From an uncultured Candidatus Binatia bacterium (GTDB lineage Bacteria; Desulfobacterota; Binatia; UBA9968; JAJDTQ01): DNA of 64,000 bases. Under the pieces are notes generated by a model. It searched no databases. It was not told the origin of the DNA and saw only the letters and a program-made list of their open reading frames with translations. Of this stretch, positions 22,262 through 31,109 are shown piece by piece; within the stretch, counting starts at the first letter, position 1, and the number at the start of each line of letters is the position of its first letter. The translations under genes and the position numbers were made by a program. The stretch is from assembly GCA_965215605.1 (NCBI GenBank), contig OZ244070.1:3199424-3263423 (forward strand), given 5' to 3'.

Positions 22262-23187
22262 GCCGGGAGAAGCGCCGGGGGATGATCGCGCCCGGCCATC
22301 CCAAGCTCAGCTTGAGCCGTCAATGCCATTTGCTTCGAGTGAGTCGATCCTCCGTGTACCACCGGCCCAAGGGCGAGAGCGCGGAGAATCTGGCGTTGAT
22401 GCGCCGGATCGACAAGCTGTTTCTGGAGTACCCCTTCTACGGCAGCCGCTAGATGGTCCGCCATCTGTGGCGGGAGCGAGTCCGAGTGGGTCGTCACCGG
22501 GTGCGGCGTCTGATGCGCCTGATGGGGCTCCAGGCCATCTATCAGGCGCCGCGCACCACCCGACCGCACCCCGAGCACCGGGTCTATCCCTATCTGCTCA
22601 AGGGGGTCGCCATCGAACGGCCCCATCACGCGTGGACCTCCGACATCACCTATGTCCCTGTCCAGAGTGGCTTCCTGTACCTGGTGGCGGTGATGGACTG
22701 GGCCACCCGCCGGGTGCTCTCCTGGAGGCTGTCGAACACCCTCGATGCCCGCTTCTGTGTCGAGGCCCTCTCAGAGGCTCTGGAACGCTACGGCCCTCCC
22801 GAGATCTTCAACACCGACCAGGGCAGCCAGTTCACCAGCCTGGAGTTCACCTCCGTGCTCAAGGACGCCGGCGTCGCCATCTCCATGGACGGCAGGGGCC
22901 GATGCATGGACAACATCTTCATCGAGCGCCTGTGGCGCTCCCTCAAGTACGAGGCCGTCTACCTGCACGAGCTGACCGACGGCTTCGCCGCCCAAAGGGT
23001 CATCGCCCGATGGATGGAGTTCTACAACACCCAAAGGCCTCACACCGCCCTCAATGGCTCGACCCCGGCCGAGGCCTACGACCATGGAATGCTGATGGAG
23101 ATGCAGGCTGAGCCCCTCCGCTCTCCTGCCCCTCCACCCGCTCAACCGGAACGGGAAGACGTGTTAAACAGGACCCTGGCGGCATGA
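22238..23187 (+). pseudogene. IS3-family transposase OrfB (-1 frame), interrupted by an in-frame TAG at 22450-22452
   Basis: Two ORFs in the same frame (…22452 and 22453…) are separated by one TAG. Copy 2 has CAG at the same codon (YGSRQMVRHL). DDE region: WTSDITYVP...NTDQGSQFTS...IERLWRSLKYE. Confidence 0.75.
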
Positions 23188-23420
23188 TCCACTACCCGGA
23201 ATACACCTTATTTTCGCCGCCCACCTGTCCAACGAAGTAGGACCACCTCAATTGAGAAAATCCTGTTTGAGTTCGGCATATGTGGTGTATAGTACGTAAC
23301 GTACTTTCCATCACGCATGACGCTGATAGTGCCCAGTCGCAAGAAACAAAATCCAAGAAGCGCGGGGGCGGCACCGCGACGTTCATCGGGTCGATGTCAC
23401 GCCCCGTCGGAGTGTCTTCC

Positions 23421-25133
23421 ATGTGGCAGGTATCGCTGCCCGGCCTATGTCCAGTGACTGATGCTGTTGCCATCCTTGGCGCTGACGGCATTGAGCACCG
23501 CGGCGCGGTCTATACAAAGCGGGAGGTGGTTGAGTTCATTCTTGATCTTTCCGGCTATACCTCCGACCGTCCGCTTTACAGTTACCGCCTTCTGGAGCCG
23601 TCCTTCGGCGACGGTGATTTCTTGCAGATAGCAATCGAGCGTCTGCTCGAAAGCTGGCACCTAAGCAAGTCATGCGGCAATCCTGTTGCTGCGCTCGCGC
23701 AGTGCATTCGCGGCGTTGAGTTACACCCATCCTCTTTCTGGAGCACGCGCGGCAAGGTCATCAAATGGCTCAAGGACGCAGGCATGACGGTCGAGGGGGC
23801 AGAACGTCTTGCGGATGTATGGCTTATGCAGGGCGATTTCTTGCTCACCGAACTGGCCAACTCCTTTGATTTTGTTGTCGGTAATCCGCCATATGTGCGG
23901 CAGGAACTGATTCCCGATTCCTTGATCGCGGAATACCGCACGCGCTACCGCACAGTGTTCGATCGCGCCGACATCTATATTCCCTTTATCGAACGCTCGC
24001 TGAACCTGCTGAGTGAGGACGGCACCCTCGGCTTTATCTGCGCAGACCGCTGGATGAAGAACCGCTATGGCGGTCCGTTGCGGCAGATGGTGGCTGAAGG
24101 ATATCACCTGAAGGCCTATATCGATATGACCGACACGCCGGCCTTCCATGCCGATGTGATCGCCTACCCGGCGATCACCATCATTACAAAGGGAAACCCT
24201 TGCAGGACGCGGATCGCCCATCGCCCCGCCATTGACAAAATAGTGCTGGATTCCCTTGCCCGGGAAATATTGGCCGACAGTCCGCCCGCACCTGACGGTT
24301 CGGTCAAGGAAATAGCAGATGTTGCCGTCGGTCAGCAGCCCTGGATTCTGGAATCCTCAGATCAGCTCAAGCTCATTCGCCGGTTGGAACACGATTTTCC
24401 GGGCATCGAAGAAGCCGGGTGCAAGGTCGGGATCGGCGTGGCGACCGGTGCGGACAAAGCCTTTATAGGCCCTTTCAACGAACTCGACGTGGAGGAGGAT
24501 CGCAAGCTGCCGCTCGCCATGACCCGCGATATCGACAGCGGTGAAGTCAAATGGCGTGGCCTTGGGGTTGTTAATCCGTTCACCGATGGCGGCGGTCTTG
24601 TCGATCTGAACGACTATCCCCGCCTGAAGAGTTATTTTGAACAGCGACGCGGCCAGATTGCAAAAAGGCACGTCGCACAGAAGGTGCCAGCGAACTGGTA
24701 CCGGACTATCGACCGAATTTATCCTGCGCTTGCCACCGAACCGAAGCTGCTCATCCCGGACATCAAGGGCGAAGCCCATATCGTCTACGAAGACGGGCAC
24801 CTGTATCCGCACCACAATCTCTACTTCATCCTTTCCGACGAGTGGGACTTGAGGGCGCTACGCGCCGTGCTGCGCTCCGGTATCGCCAAGCTCTTCGTTT
24901 CGATCTACGCGACCCGCATGCGAGGCGGTTATCTACGCTTTCAAGCGCAGTATCTCCGGCGCATTCGACTGCCGCGCTGGAAGGACATTTCCGCCGTCCT
25001 CAAAAACGACCTGATCAAGGCCGCTACGTGCAACAATACTGGCGCCTGTAACAGGGCTGTTTCACAGATCTACGGTTTTACACAAGAAGAACGTGCCGCC
25101 ATCGGCGGGAACGGTGAACGGGAGGCCTTTTGA
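23421..25133 (+). CDS. Type II N6-adenine DNA methyltransferase (Eco57I/TaqI-like, NPPY)
   Basis: SAM-binding [12 protein letters not shown], catalytic [14 protein letters not shown] and a TaqI-like C-terminal specificity region. Start uncertain (ORF is open from 23280; ATGs at 23394 and 23421). Confidence 0.8.
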   Translation: MWQVSLPGLCPVTDAVAILGADGIEHRGAVYTKREVVEFILDLSGYTSDRPLYSYRLLEPSFGDGDFLQIAIERLLESWHLSKSCGNPVAALAQCIRGVELHPSSFWSTRGKVIKWLKDAGMTVEGAERLADVWLMQGDFLLTELANSFDFVVGNPPYVRQELIPDSLIAEYRTRYRTVFDRADIYIPFIERSLNLLSEDGTLGFICADRWMKNRYGGPLRQMVAEGYHLKAYIDMTDTPAFHADVIAYPAITIITKGNPCRTRIAHRPAIDKIVLDSLAREILADSPPAPDGSVKEIADVAVGQQPWILESSDQLKLIRRLEHDFPGIEEAGCKVGIGVATGADKAFIGPFNELDVEEDRKLPLAMTRDIDSGEVKWRGLGVVNPFTDGGGLVDLNDYPRLKSYFEQRRGQIAKRHVAQKVPANWYRTIDRIYPALATEPKLLIPDIKGEAHIVYEDGHLYPHHNLYFILSDEWDLRALRAVLRSGIAKLFVSIYATRMRGGYLRFQAQYLRRIRLPRWKDISAVLKNDLIKAATCNNTGACNRAVSQIYGFTQEERAAIGGNGEREAF

Positions 25134-25867
25134 CAATAGATCTTGCCGATTACGAACAGAGGGCCCGGCAGGCCATCCGAGCGTTCTGGGGCAACCGCGA
25201 GAAGGCACGCCAGAAGCAGGCCGATTCCGGCAGGGCCGATCAAGGCGAACGCGCCGGCGTCACGGCCGGCAAGAACATGGATGGGTTTATTGCCCTGGTT
25301 ATCGACATCGTTCGGGCCAACGGACTGGATCATGCTGACATTCATCAGCGGCGCCGTGTACTGACATTGCCCGGCTATTTTCGGCCCACGAAGTTGTGGG
25401 ACCTTCTGGTTATCAATGAAGGCCGCCTGGTCGCTGCACTCGAATTTAAGAGCCAGGTGGGCCCATCGTTCGGTAACAATTTCAACAACCGTTCCGAAGA
25501 AGCCATCGGCACTGCGCTTGATCTTTGGACGGCCTACAGGGAAGGGGCATTTGGCGAACAGGCACGTCCTTTCGTCGGCTGGTTGATGTTGCTTGAAGAC
25601 GCGCCAGCATCGCGGACTCCCGTCGGGGATGCGTCTCCCCATTTCCCAGTATTCAAGGAGTTTCAGGGTGCCTCGTATGCCGAGCGCTACAATATTCTCT
25701 GCCGTAAGCTAGTGCGGGAACGGCTTTATACGACGGCATCGGTCCTGACATCGCCGCGGTCGGCTTCGACAGACGGCGACTATTTCGAAATGAGCGATAT
25801 GACTGGGCTGCGCGCATTTGTTACCGAACTTGCCGGACATGTGGCCGCAGAGGCGGCAAGATCATGA
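25130..25867 (+). CDS. Type II restriction endonuclease, XhoI/PaeR7I-like
   Basis: The TTG start overlaps the methylase stop, with a GGGAGG RBS. The segment [28 protein letters not shown] matches my recollection of the RE_XhoI family core. Not verified by search. Confidence 0.6.
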   Translation: MTIDLADYEQRARQAIRAFWGNREKARQKQADSGRADQGERAGVTAGKNMDGFIALVIDIVRANGLDHADIHQRRRVLTLPGYFRPTKLWDLLVINEGRLVAALEFKSQVGPSFGNNFNNRSEEAIGTALDLWTAYREGAFGEQARPFVGWLMLLEDAPASRTPVGDASPHFPVFKEFQGASYAERYNILCRKLVRERLYTTASVLTSPRSASTDGDYFEMSDMTGLRAFVTELAGHVAAEAARS

Positions 25868-25977
25868 GCTGTATCGGCAACCCGTCGATCCGCGACGCTC
25901 TCGGGTTCGCTGGGTTCACTATTCCCGTTGTCGAGGTTTACTGATGTTTGATCGTCGCGGGATAGCCCGACCTTTCA

Positions 25978-26979
25978 CTAGCTCATCTCCCACATGCGAC
26001 AACTGACGTGGTTTCGCTTTGAAATCATCGAACCGATGACTTGGGAGTGACGTGGTCGGCAAGACGCCTCTTGTGATGGTGCCTCCGCGTCAAAGGACGA
26101 CTCCACTTGCCGTCGAAGTTCCTCAACCTCGTTTCGCGACAGGTTCCGGACATCCCAAGCGTAAGTCCGTGGGTCCCTGATCATCTTCCAAAGCCGTCCC
26201 AAGCCGCACGGCTCACGGTTCCCCGCGATCTCGACGTCTCCGAGCATTCTGACCACCGCCGCCTCAAAATCCCTCAGTGTGGCATAGCCACTCCCCAACT
26301 CCCTCACGGGCGAATTGGCAAATATCTCATTCAGCGGATGATGTTCAAAAATTTTCGACAAGAGGCTTCGGAGGTCGTCCACCGTGTCACAAGCACTTCC
26401 CCATGCCCGCCCCTCGCGGTACGCGACCTTCAGCGCCCGCAGGGACTGAGCCAGTCTCTGTTCTGCCCGGCAAAGACGGTATTCATGAGACAACCGGCGC
26501 ACTATCTCACGATAGTCAAAGATGATATCCCCTCGATCCGCAAGATAGCAAATTCCGAAATTGCGCAGCGCCACGTACGCCAAATCAGCCACGAGTGGCA
26601 CATCCCGGATCAACGTTTCCGCCGGAAACCGCTCAATCGGTAAAGCCAACTCCGCGCTCTTCAACGCTTCAACTTCGTAAGTTTCCTTCTTGTCCGCGCC
26701 CCGCAGCGTCCCTGCCAGCCACCCATTGTTATCCGCAATTATGATACCTTCAAGTCTCAAATGCTGAACGAACAGACTACCTGCTGAACTCATCTTCGAC
26801 AGTCGCGTCGGTGAATAAGACGCAACTGACCAGCCCGCTGCGCGCCAGCGGCGAACCAGTTGTCGGCGCCTCTGGTCATCATCCCCTACAACCAGTACAT
26901 CTCGGTCGCTCATGACGTCGGTTGATGACCTGGCCGCCGACCCAAAGATACAAACACTTTCAATATTGCCCGGTTTCAT
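25978..26979 (-). CDS. Pol-beta superfamily nucleotidyltransferase with an uncharacterised helical C-terminal domain
   Basis: Minimal NTase motif CIFGSAARSSTDVMSDRDVLVV. The ATG at 26979 overlaps the TGA of the upstream channel gene (ATGA). The longer ORF to 27144 was rejected. Confidence 0.7.
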   Translation of the reverse strand: MKPGNIESVCIFGSAARSSTDVMSDRDVLVVGDDDQRRRQLVRRWRAAGWSVASYSPTRLSKMSSAGSLFVQHLRLEGIIIADNNGWLAGTLRGADKKETYEVEALKSAELALPIERFPAETLIRDVPLVADLAYVALRNFGICYLADRGDIIFDYREIVRRLSHEYRLCRAEQRLAQSLRALKVAYREGRAWGSACDTVDDLRSLLSKIFEHHPLNEIFANSPVRELGSGYATLRDFEAAVVRMLGDVEIAGNREPCGLGRLWKMIRDPRTYAWDVRNLSRNEVEELRRQVESSFDAEAPSQEASCRPRHSQVIGSMISKRNHVSCRMWEMS

Positions 26980-27881
26980 GGCGAGATCTTCCGGAAGAGC
27001 ATAGACGCCAACAGTGCCAATAGAAAAAATCCCAGTAGGCTTTGCACCGAAGCCGCCAAGTGCCCCGTGTGTGTCGTTGGAACGATGTCTCCGTAACCAG
27101 CCGTTGTAAAGGAGATTATTGTATAGTAGAGCGCCTCTACCCACGACGTGATTGGCTCGCCGTCCACTTCTAAGCCAAGGTCGCGACGCAATCGATAATT
27201 GAATATGGTAAATGACGTAATCGTAACCCCAACAGTTCCCAGGAAGTATCTAAGTCGCAATCCGGAGCCGAAGAGCTTCTCCCAGATCCAGCGACGCATA
27301 TAACCGAAACATTTGAGAACGAATCTTCCGGACAACCGCCTTGTTCCCTCCCGTTTCGTCCAATTTCTGATCTCGTATCCGTCTTGAAGTCGCTTCCACC
27401 GCAAGAAAAAAAACTGCGCATCACGCTCGAACTCGATTTGTTCCGTTCCACGGCTGTTACTTAAAAGCATTTGATACAGATGTACTCCAATATTCTGATG
27501 TTTACGGCTGATTAGACATCTACGAAAACTCATCGGATCAATGTAGGTACGACAAATCGACAACTTGTGTGTGTTAGTAAGAATGAAATGACAGTTATGG
27601 AACTCGCAATCTTCGATAGAGGCGCCGATAAAAAGACAACGGTCAAACGTGCAATTCCGAAAACTAAATCCTGATATACATGTCTTCGAAAAACTCACTC
27701 GCTCGAATGTCGTATCGCGGATGCGACACTCTCTCGCGTCACCCGTTCGCTGCATGACGTCCGGCATATATGATGCATGAGTCACATGACGTGAGGTTTT
27801 TAGAAGGCTATGGAAGTCTTCCTGCGACGCTATCAAGGTACTGCCGTCTAGGTGCCAGAATTCGTCGGTCATCGTCATCAA
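26976..27881 (-). CDS. Pentapeptide-repeat domain fused to a 2-TM potassium channel pore
   Basis: Pentapeptide-like run FERVSFSKTCISGFSFRNCTFDRCLFIGASIEDCEFHNCHF. TM helix, pore helix plus selectivity filter YYTIISFTTAGYGDIVP, then a second TM helix. Confidence 0.8.
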   Translation of the reverse strand: MMTMTDEFWHLDGSTLIASQEDFHSLLKTSRHVTHASYMPDVMQRTGDARECRIRDTTFERVSFSKTCISGFSFRNCTFDRCLFIGASIEDCEFHNCHFILTNTHKLSICRTYIDPMSFRRCLISRKHQNIGVHLYQMLLSNSRGTEQIEFERDAQFFFLRWKRLQDGYEIRNWTKREGTRRLSGRFVLKCFGYMRRWIWEKLFGSGLRLRYFLGTVGVTITSFTIFNYRLRRDLGLEVDGEPITSWVEALYYTIISFTTAGYGDIVPTTHTGHLAASVQSLLGFFLLALLASMLFRKISP

Positions 27882-27916
27882 AAATGTGGCGTCCCGAATA
27901 AAACGGACTGCACTGC

Positions 27917-28787
27917 TTATGTACTGAAAAAACCACTGGTTCCACCGCCTGTGATGGATGGCGCTTCAATTGTCGGGTGCTCGTGGGCGATCGCGGCGGA
28001 CGCAGAATACATCGTGGACGGTCCTTTGAAAACGGTCCCCAGTCGTCCTGGGTTCCTCCTGTCTGCCTTCGCCGTTTTGGGCATCACTACCGCATCCACA
28101 GGAATGTTGACCGTCCTGCCAGTCCCTTCCTGCTCGACTGGCACGTTGAGACGGAACGAATACGTCCCCGGCTCCAACTCGTCATATTTCGTGCCCTCGC
28201 CTGCGGATAAGTTTTCGTACTCCAGAACTGTCAACCATTCGCTGATCGCCGTGAGCTGACGCTATTCCTGTCGGTTACGGATGAGCGGATTGGCGACGGC
28301 CCCGCATAGGCGATCGGCCACGATGGTCGCGGCCCGGTACAGCTCCGGTTCGGACGGATCGTCTCCGCGCTCCAACCAGACGAAGACATCCGGGTCGGCC
28401 ATCCGCTCGATGATCTGCCCAATCTTCTTGAGGTCTCTGTCCAGTTCCTGCTGGGACATTCGCGGCGGGAGCCTGTTCTCCTTATCCATCGCCTTGACCA
28501 GGTTCCCGGAGACGCCAGCAAGACCGATCAGCCGGTCCATGGCCAGAGGCGGACAAGTGGACATCCGCAGTGACGGCAACACCGAGGGCTTCGCCTTCAG
28601 GAGCTCCACCCCCCACATCTGTCAGGTTCTTCGTCGCTATAAGGGTCGCCTCGACATCCATTGTGGTCTGCACCCGCGTCGTCCGGTAGGCCTCCGGCGC
28701 AAATCGCATGAACCAGTCGTTGTACATGTCCACCGAATCTGCGATGTCCTGTTTCCACCGGTCGGGTTTGTCCCTGTTGACTGCCAT
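27917..28787 (-). pseudogene. XamI-like type II restriction endonuclease, decayed (frameshift plus in-frame stop)
   Basis: Three collinear ORF pieces. The N-terminus MAVNRDKPDRWKQDIADSVDMYNDWFMRFAPEAY...VLPSLRMSTCPPLAMDRLIGLAGVS resembles the RE_XamI family as I recall it. Frameshift at the C6 run 28609-28614. TAG at 28262-28264 is in frame with the 27917-28234 ORF. Confidence 0.55.
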
Positions 28788-29212
28788 CACTTGTTTTTCT
28801 TTTCCTGATCTTCCCGCTTTGCCAGCCAGCAAGGCTTACACATCTCCTGAAAAAGCCGGTCAGGCACACATAACGGTCGCCGCTTCCTTCTCGAAAGCGA
28901 CCACCATCTGCTTCGGCAGCCTGATCCCGGCAACCTGCGTCGGGCCTCGTGCCACCATCCGCCTACTCTCTCCTTGGCTTACTGCTAGGTTCATTGTTGA
29001 CGACGACTCGACACCCGTCAACAGCGCTCACTTGAGTTTACCGAAATTAGCATGCTGCTGCACTCCTCGGGAACTCTCGCGTGACGAACTTGAAGTGATC
29101 GCCGACGAGCCTGTCCTCGCATCCATTGCCACCCGTGAATGACTCGTCGGAAGGACCGGACGGCCGCGACCTAGACGGCGACCCGGTCTCCAGCCACACA
29201 TCTACTTGGGAT

Positions 29213-29280
29213 TTCGGCCTCCTCCGACACGCAGCCCGCCGCCGGAAGGTGGTGGTCGGCTTGGGCTGGGCGAATCCCGG
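29213..29280 (+). repeat. 68-bp GC-rich intergenic repeat, copy A
   Basis: TTCGGCCTCC...GCCCGCCGCCGGAAGGTGGTGGTCGGCTTGGGCTGGGCGAATCCCGG. A closely related copy lies at 29749-29816 and a partial one at 63978-64000. Confidence 0.6.
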
Positions 29281-29323
29281 GGCCCGGGCGGCCGCGCCGG
29301 TGCCACCGGAAGAAGTGGAGGCT

Positions 29324-29707
29324 ATGAACATGGCGAGAACACTCACAGTTCAGGACTACAGCCCAGCCCCGAGTCCGGCCGTGTGTCGGCCCACCTGGCG
29401 CGCCCGCGCCTTCGTGCTCGGCGGGCTCGCCCTCGTCGCCGTCTATACGGCCACCGCGCTCGGTCTCAGCGCAGGCGCGGAGCACATCAGCCCGCTCTGG
29501 ATGGCGGCGATTGCCTGGACCCTCGTCGCAAGCCTCGCGGGCGCCCTCTGGCGGGGATTCCGTCACCGCGACTGGTCCGCCTTCTCCGGTTACGAGTTAC
29601 CGGAAACCGACGGCGAGGTAGACGAATGGGCGTTGCGCACAGGCCGCTACTCCTGGCTTCGGGAAATGGAGGATGCGCTACTCCACGACGACGATCACCT
29701 TCACTGA
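29324..29707 (+). CDS. Small 2-TM membrane protein (ICE-associated); paralog at 63620-63939
   Basis: GGAG RBS. Two hydrophobic helices (FVLGGLALVAVYTATALGL; LWMAAIAWTLVASLAGALW) and a conserved tail LLHDDDHL. A duplicated homolog lies at the window end. Confidence 0.6.
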   Translation: MNMARTLTVQDYSPAPSPAVCRPTWRARAFVLGGLALVAVYTATALGLSAGAEHISPLWMAAIAWTLVASLAGALWRGFRHRDWSAFSGYELPETDGEVDEWALRTGRYSWLREMEDALLHDDDHLH

Positions 29708-29748
29708 TCCATTCACGGCGACTGGTCCTACCGGTCCGGCCCGAGAGC

Positions 29749-29816
29749 TTCGGCCTCCGCCAACGCGCCGCCCGCCGCCGGGAGGTGGTGGCCGGCTGGG
29801 GCCGGGCGAGTCCCGG
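29749..29816 (+). repeat. 68-bp GC-rich intergenic repeat, copy B
   Basis: Direct repeat of 29213-29280 with about 10 substitutions. The two copies flank the small membrane gene. Confidence 0.6.
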
Positions 29817-29869
29817 TGTCCCGAGACCGAACTCCCCTACACCACGCCACCGCCAAGGAGATCACCACC

Positions 29870-30112
29870 ATGCCCGACACCAATATCAGCGGGGAGCACC
29901 ACCGAGCGTTCGAGGCCCTGACCAACGACCGGTTCGACAATTTCTGTCTCGTCTCGTGCTTCGTCGACGGCGAACCAACCGCGGCCATCGCCGCCGTCAA
30001 CCTCAGTCCTCCCGCTCAAGACGGCGGTGAACCAGAAGTTCTCATCCGTCCGCTCTTCATCTGGCCGACCGCGGCGATGACGCTGACCGACCACGACGGG
30101 AGGGAAGCATGA
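29870..30112 (+). CDS. Hypothetical protein (ICE-associated)
   Basis: 80-aa ORF with an AAGGAG RBS. Its stop overlaps the next ATG (ATGA). No recognisable motif. Confidence 0.5.
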   Translation: MPDTNISGEHHRAFEALTNDRFDNFCLVSCFVDGEPTAAIAAVNLSPPAQDGGEPEVLIRPLFIWPTAAMTLTDHDGREA

Positions 30113-30966
30113 GCGAGAGCCCGCCATGCGGCCACCGACCTGCCGCCGACCTCCATATCCCGCCCGAATGCCGCGACATGATCCGCCGCGGCGCGCTCGT
30201 GGCCATCAATTCGTCGGGGGGCAAGGACAGCCAGGCCATGACGATCCTGCTCGCCCGGATCGTGCCTCACGATCAGTTGGTGGTAGTTCACGCCCCGCTC
30301 CCCGTGGTCGAGTGGCCGGGCACGATCGAGCACATCGAGAACACGATCCCGGCCGACGTTCCGCTGATATTCGCGCCAGTGGCGTCGGGGAAGACCTTGC
30401 TCGACCAGGTCGAGGAACGGGGGAAATGGCCGGGAATCCACCAGCGGTGGTGTACTGCGGGCCACAAGCGGGGCCCGATCGAGCGCGAACTCCGCCGCTA
30501 CCTGAAGGCTCATCCCCGCTTTGACGGCCTCCTGGTCAGCGCCATGGGACTGCGACGAGACGAGAGCGCCGACCGCGCCAAACGCTTTCCCTGGAAGTAC
30601 AGCGACCGCAACTCCCGCGCCGGCCGGGAATGGTTCGACTGGCTGCCGATCTTCGAGCTGACCGAGGCCGACGCGTTCCGGATCATCCACGACGCCGGAC
30701 AGTCGCCGCACTGGGTCTACGCGCAGGGGATGTCGCGATGTTCGTGCAGTTTCTGCATCTTCTCGTCGCGCTTCGATTTGCGCCGCGCCGCCGAGCTTCG
30801 CCCTGCGCTCTATCGCCGGTACGCCGCGATCGAGAAGCGCATCGGCCACACGCTGTCGCCGTCGGGCGTTCCTCTTCCCGAGCTGACCGGCATTCCGGCC
30901 GAACCCGCCGCCGGAACGCCCGGCCTGTCCGACGGGCTCCGCACCGAAGAGAGCGCCAGGCCATGA
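30109..30966 (+). CDS. PAPS-reductase-family PP-loop ATP pyrophosphatase-like protein
   Basis: PP-loop motif INSSGGKDSQAM and a C-terminal cysteine cluster MSRCSCSFCIF. The size and layout are typical of the phage/ICE PAPS reductase-like family. Confidence 0.8.
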   Translation: MSESPPCGHRPAADLHIPPECRDMIRRGALVAINSSGGKDSQAMTILLARIVPHDQLVVVHAPLPVVEWPGTIEHIENTIPADVPLIFAPVASGKTLLDQVEERGKWPGIHQRWCTAGHKRGPIERELRRYLKAHPRFDGLLVSAMGLRRDESADRAKRFPWKYSDRNSRAGREWFDWLPIFELTEADAFRIIHDAGQSPHWVYAQGMSRCSCSFCIFSSRFDLRRAAELRPALYRRYAAIEKRIGHTLSPSGVPLPELTGIPAEPAAGTPGLSDGLRTEESARP

Positions 30967-31109
30967 ATCACCCGGTCCGCGGCCCGCCGGCAACCGGCGC
31001 CGCATCACCGCACGAACACCGCCTGGAGGCGGAGCCTGGCCCGGGCCGGGCGGCGGGACAAGGCTCGCGAGAGCCGCCGCCACAACCATCAACTCCCACG
31101 GAGGACCAC

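Larger units (their letters stand above)
21913..23250 (+). mobile_element. IS3-family insertion sequence, copy 1 (about 1.34 kb)
   Basis: Terminal inverted repeats TGAGGTGGTCC... at 21913 and ...GGACCACCTCA at 23250. orfA/orfB with a T6G slippery site at 22234-22240. A second copy lies at 59356-60686. Confidence 0.85.
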
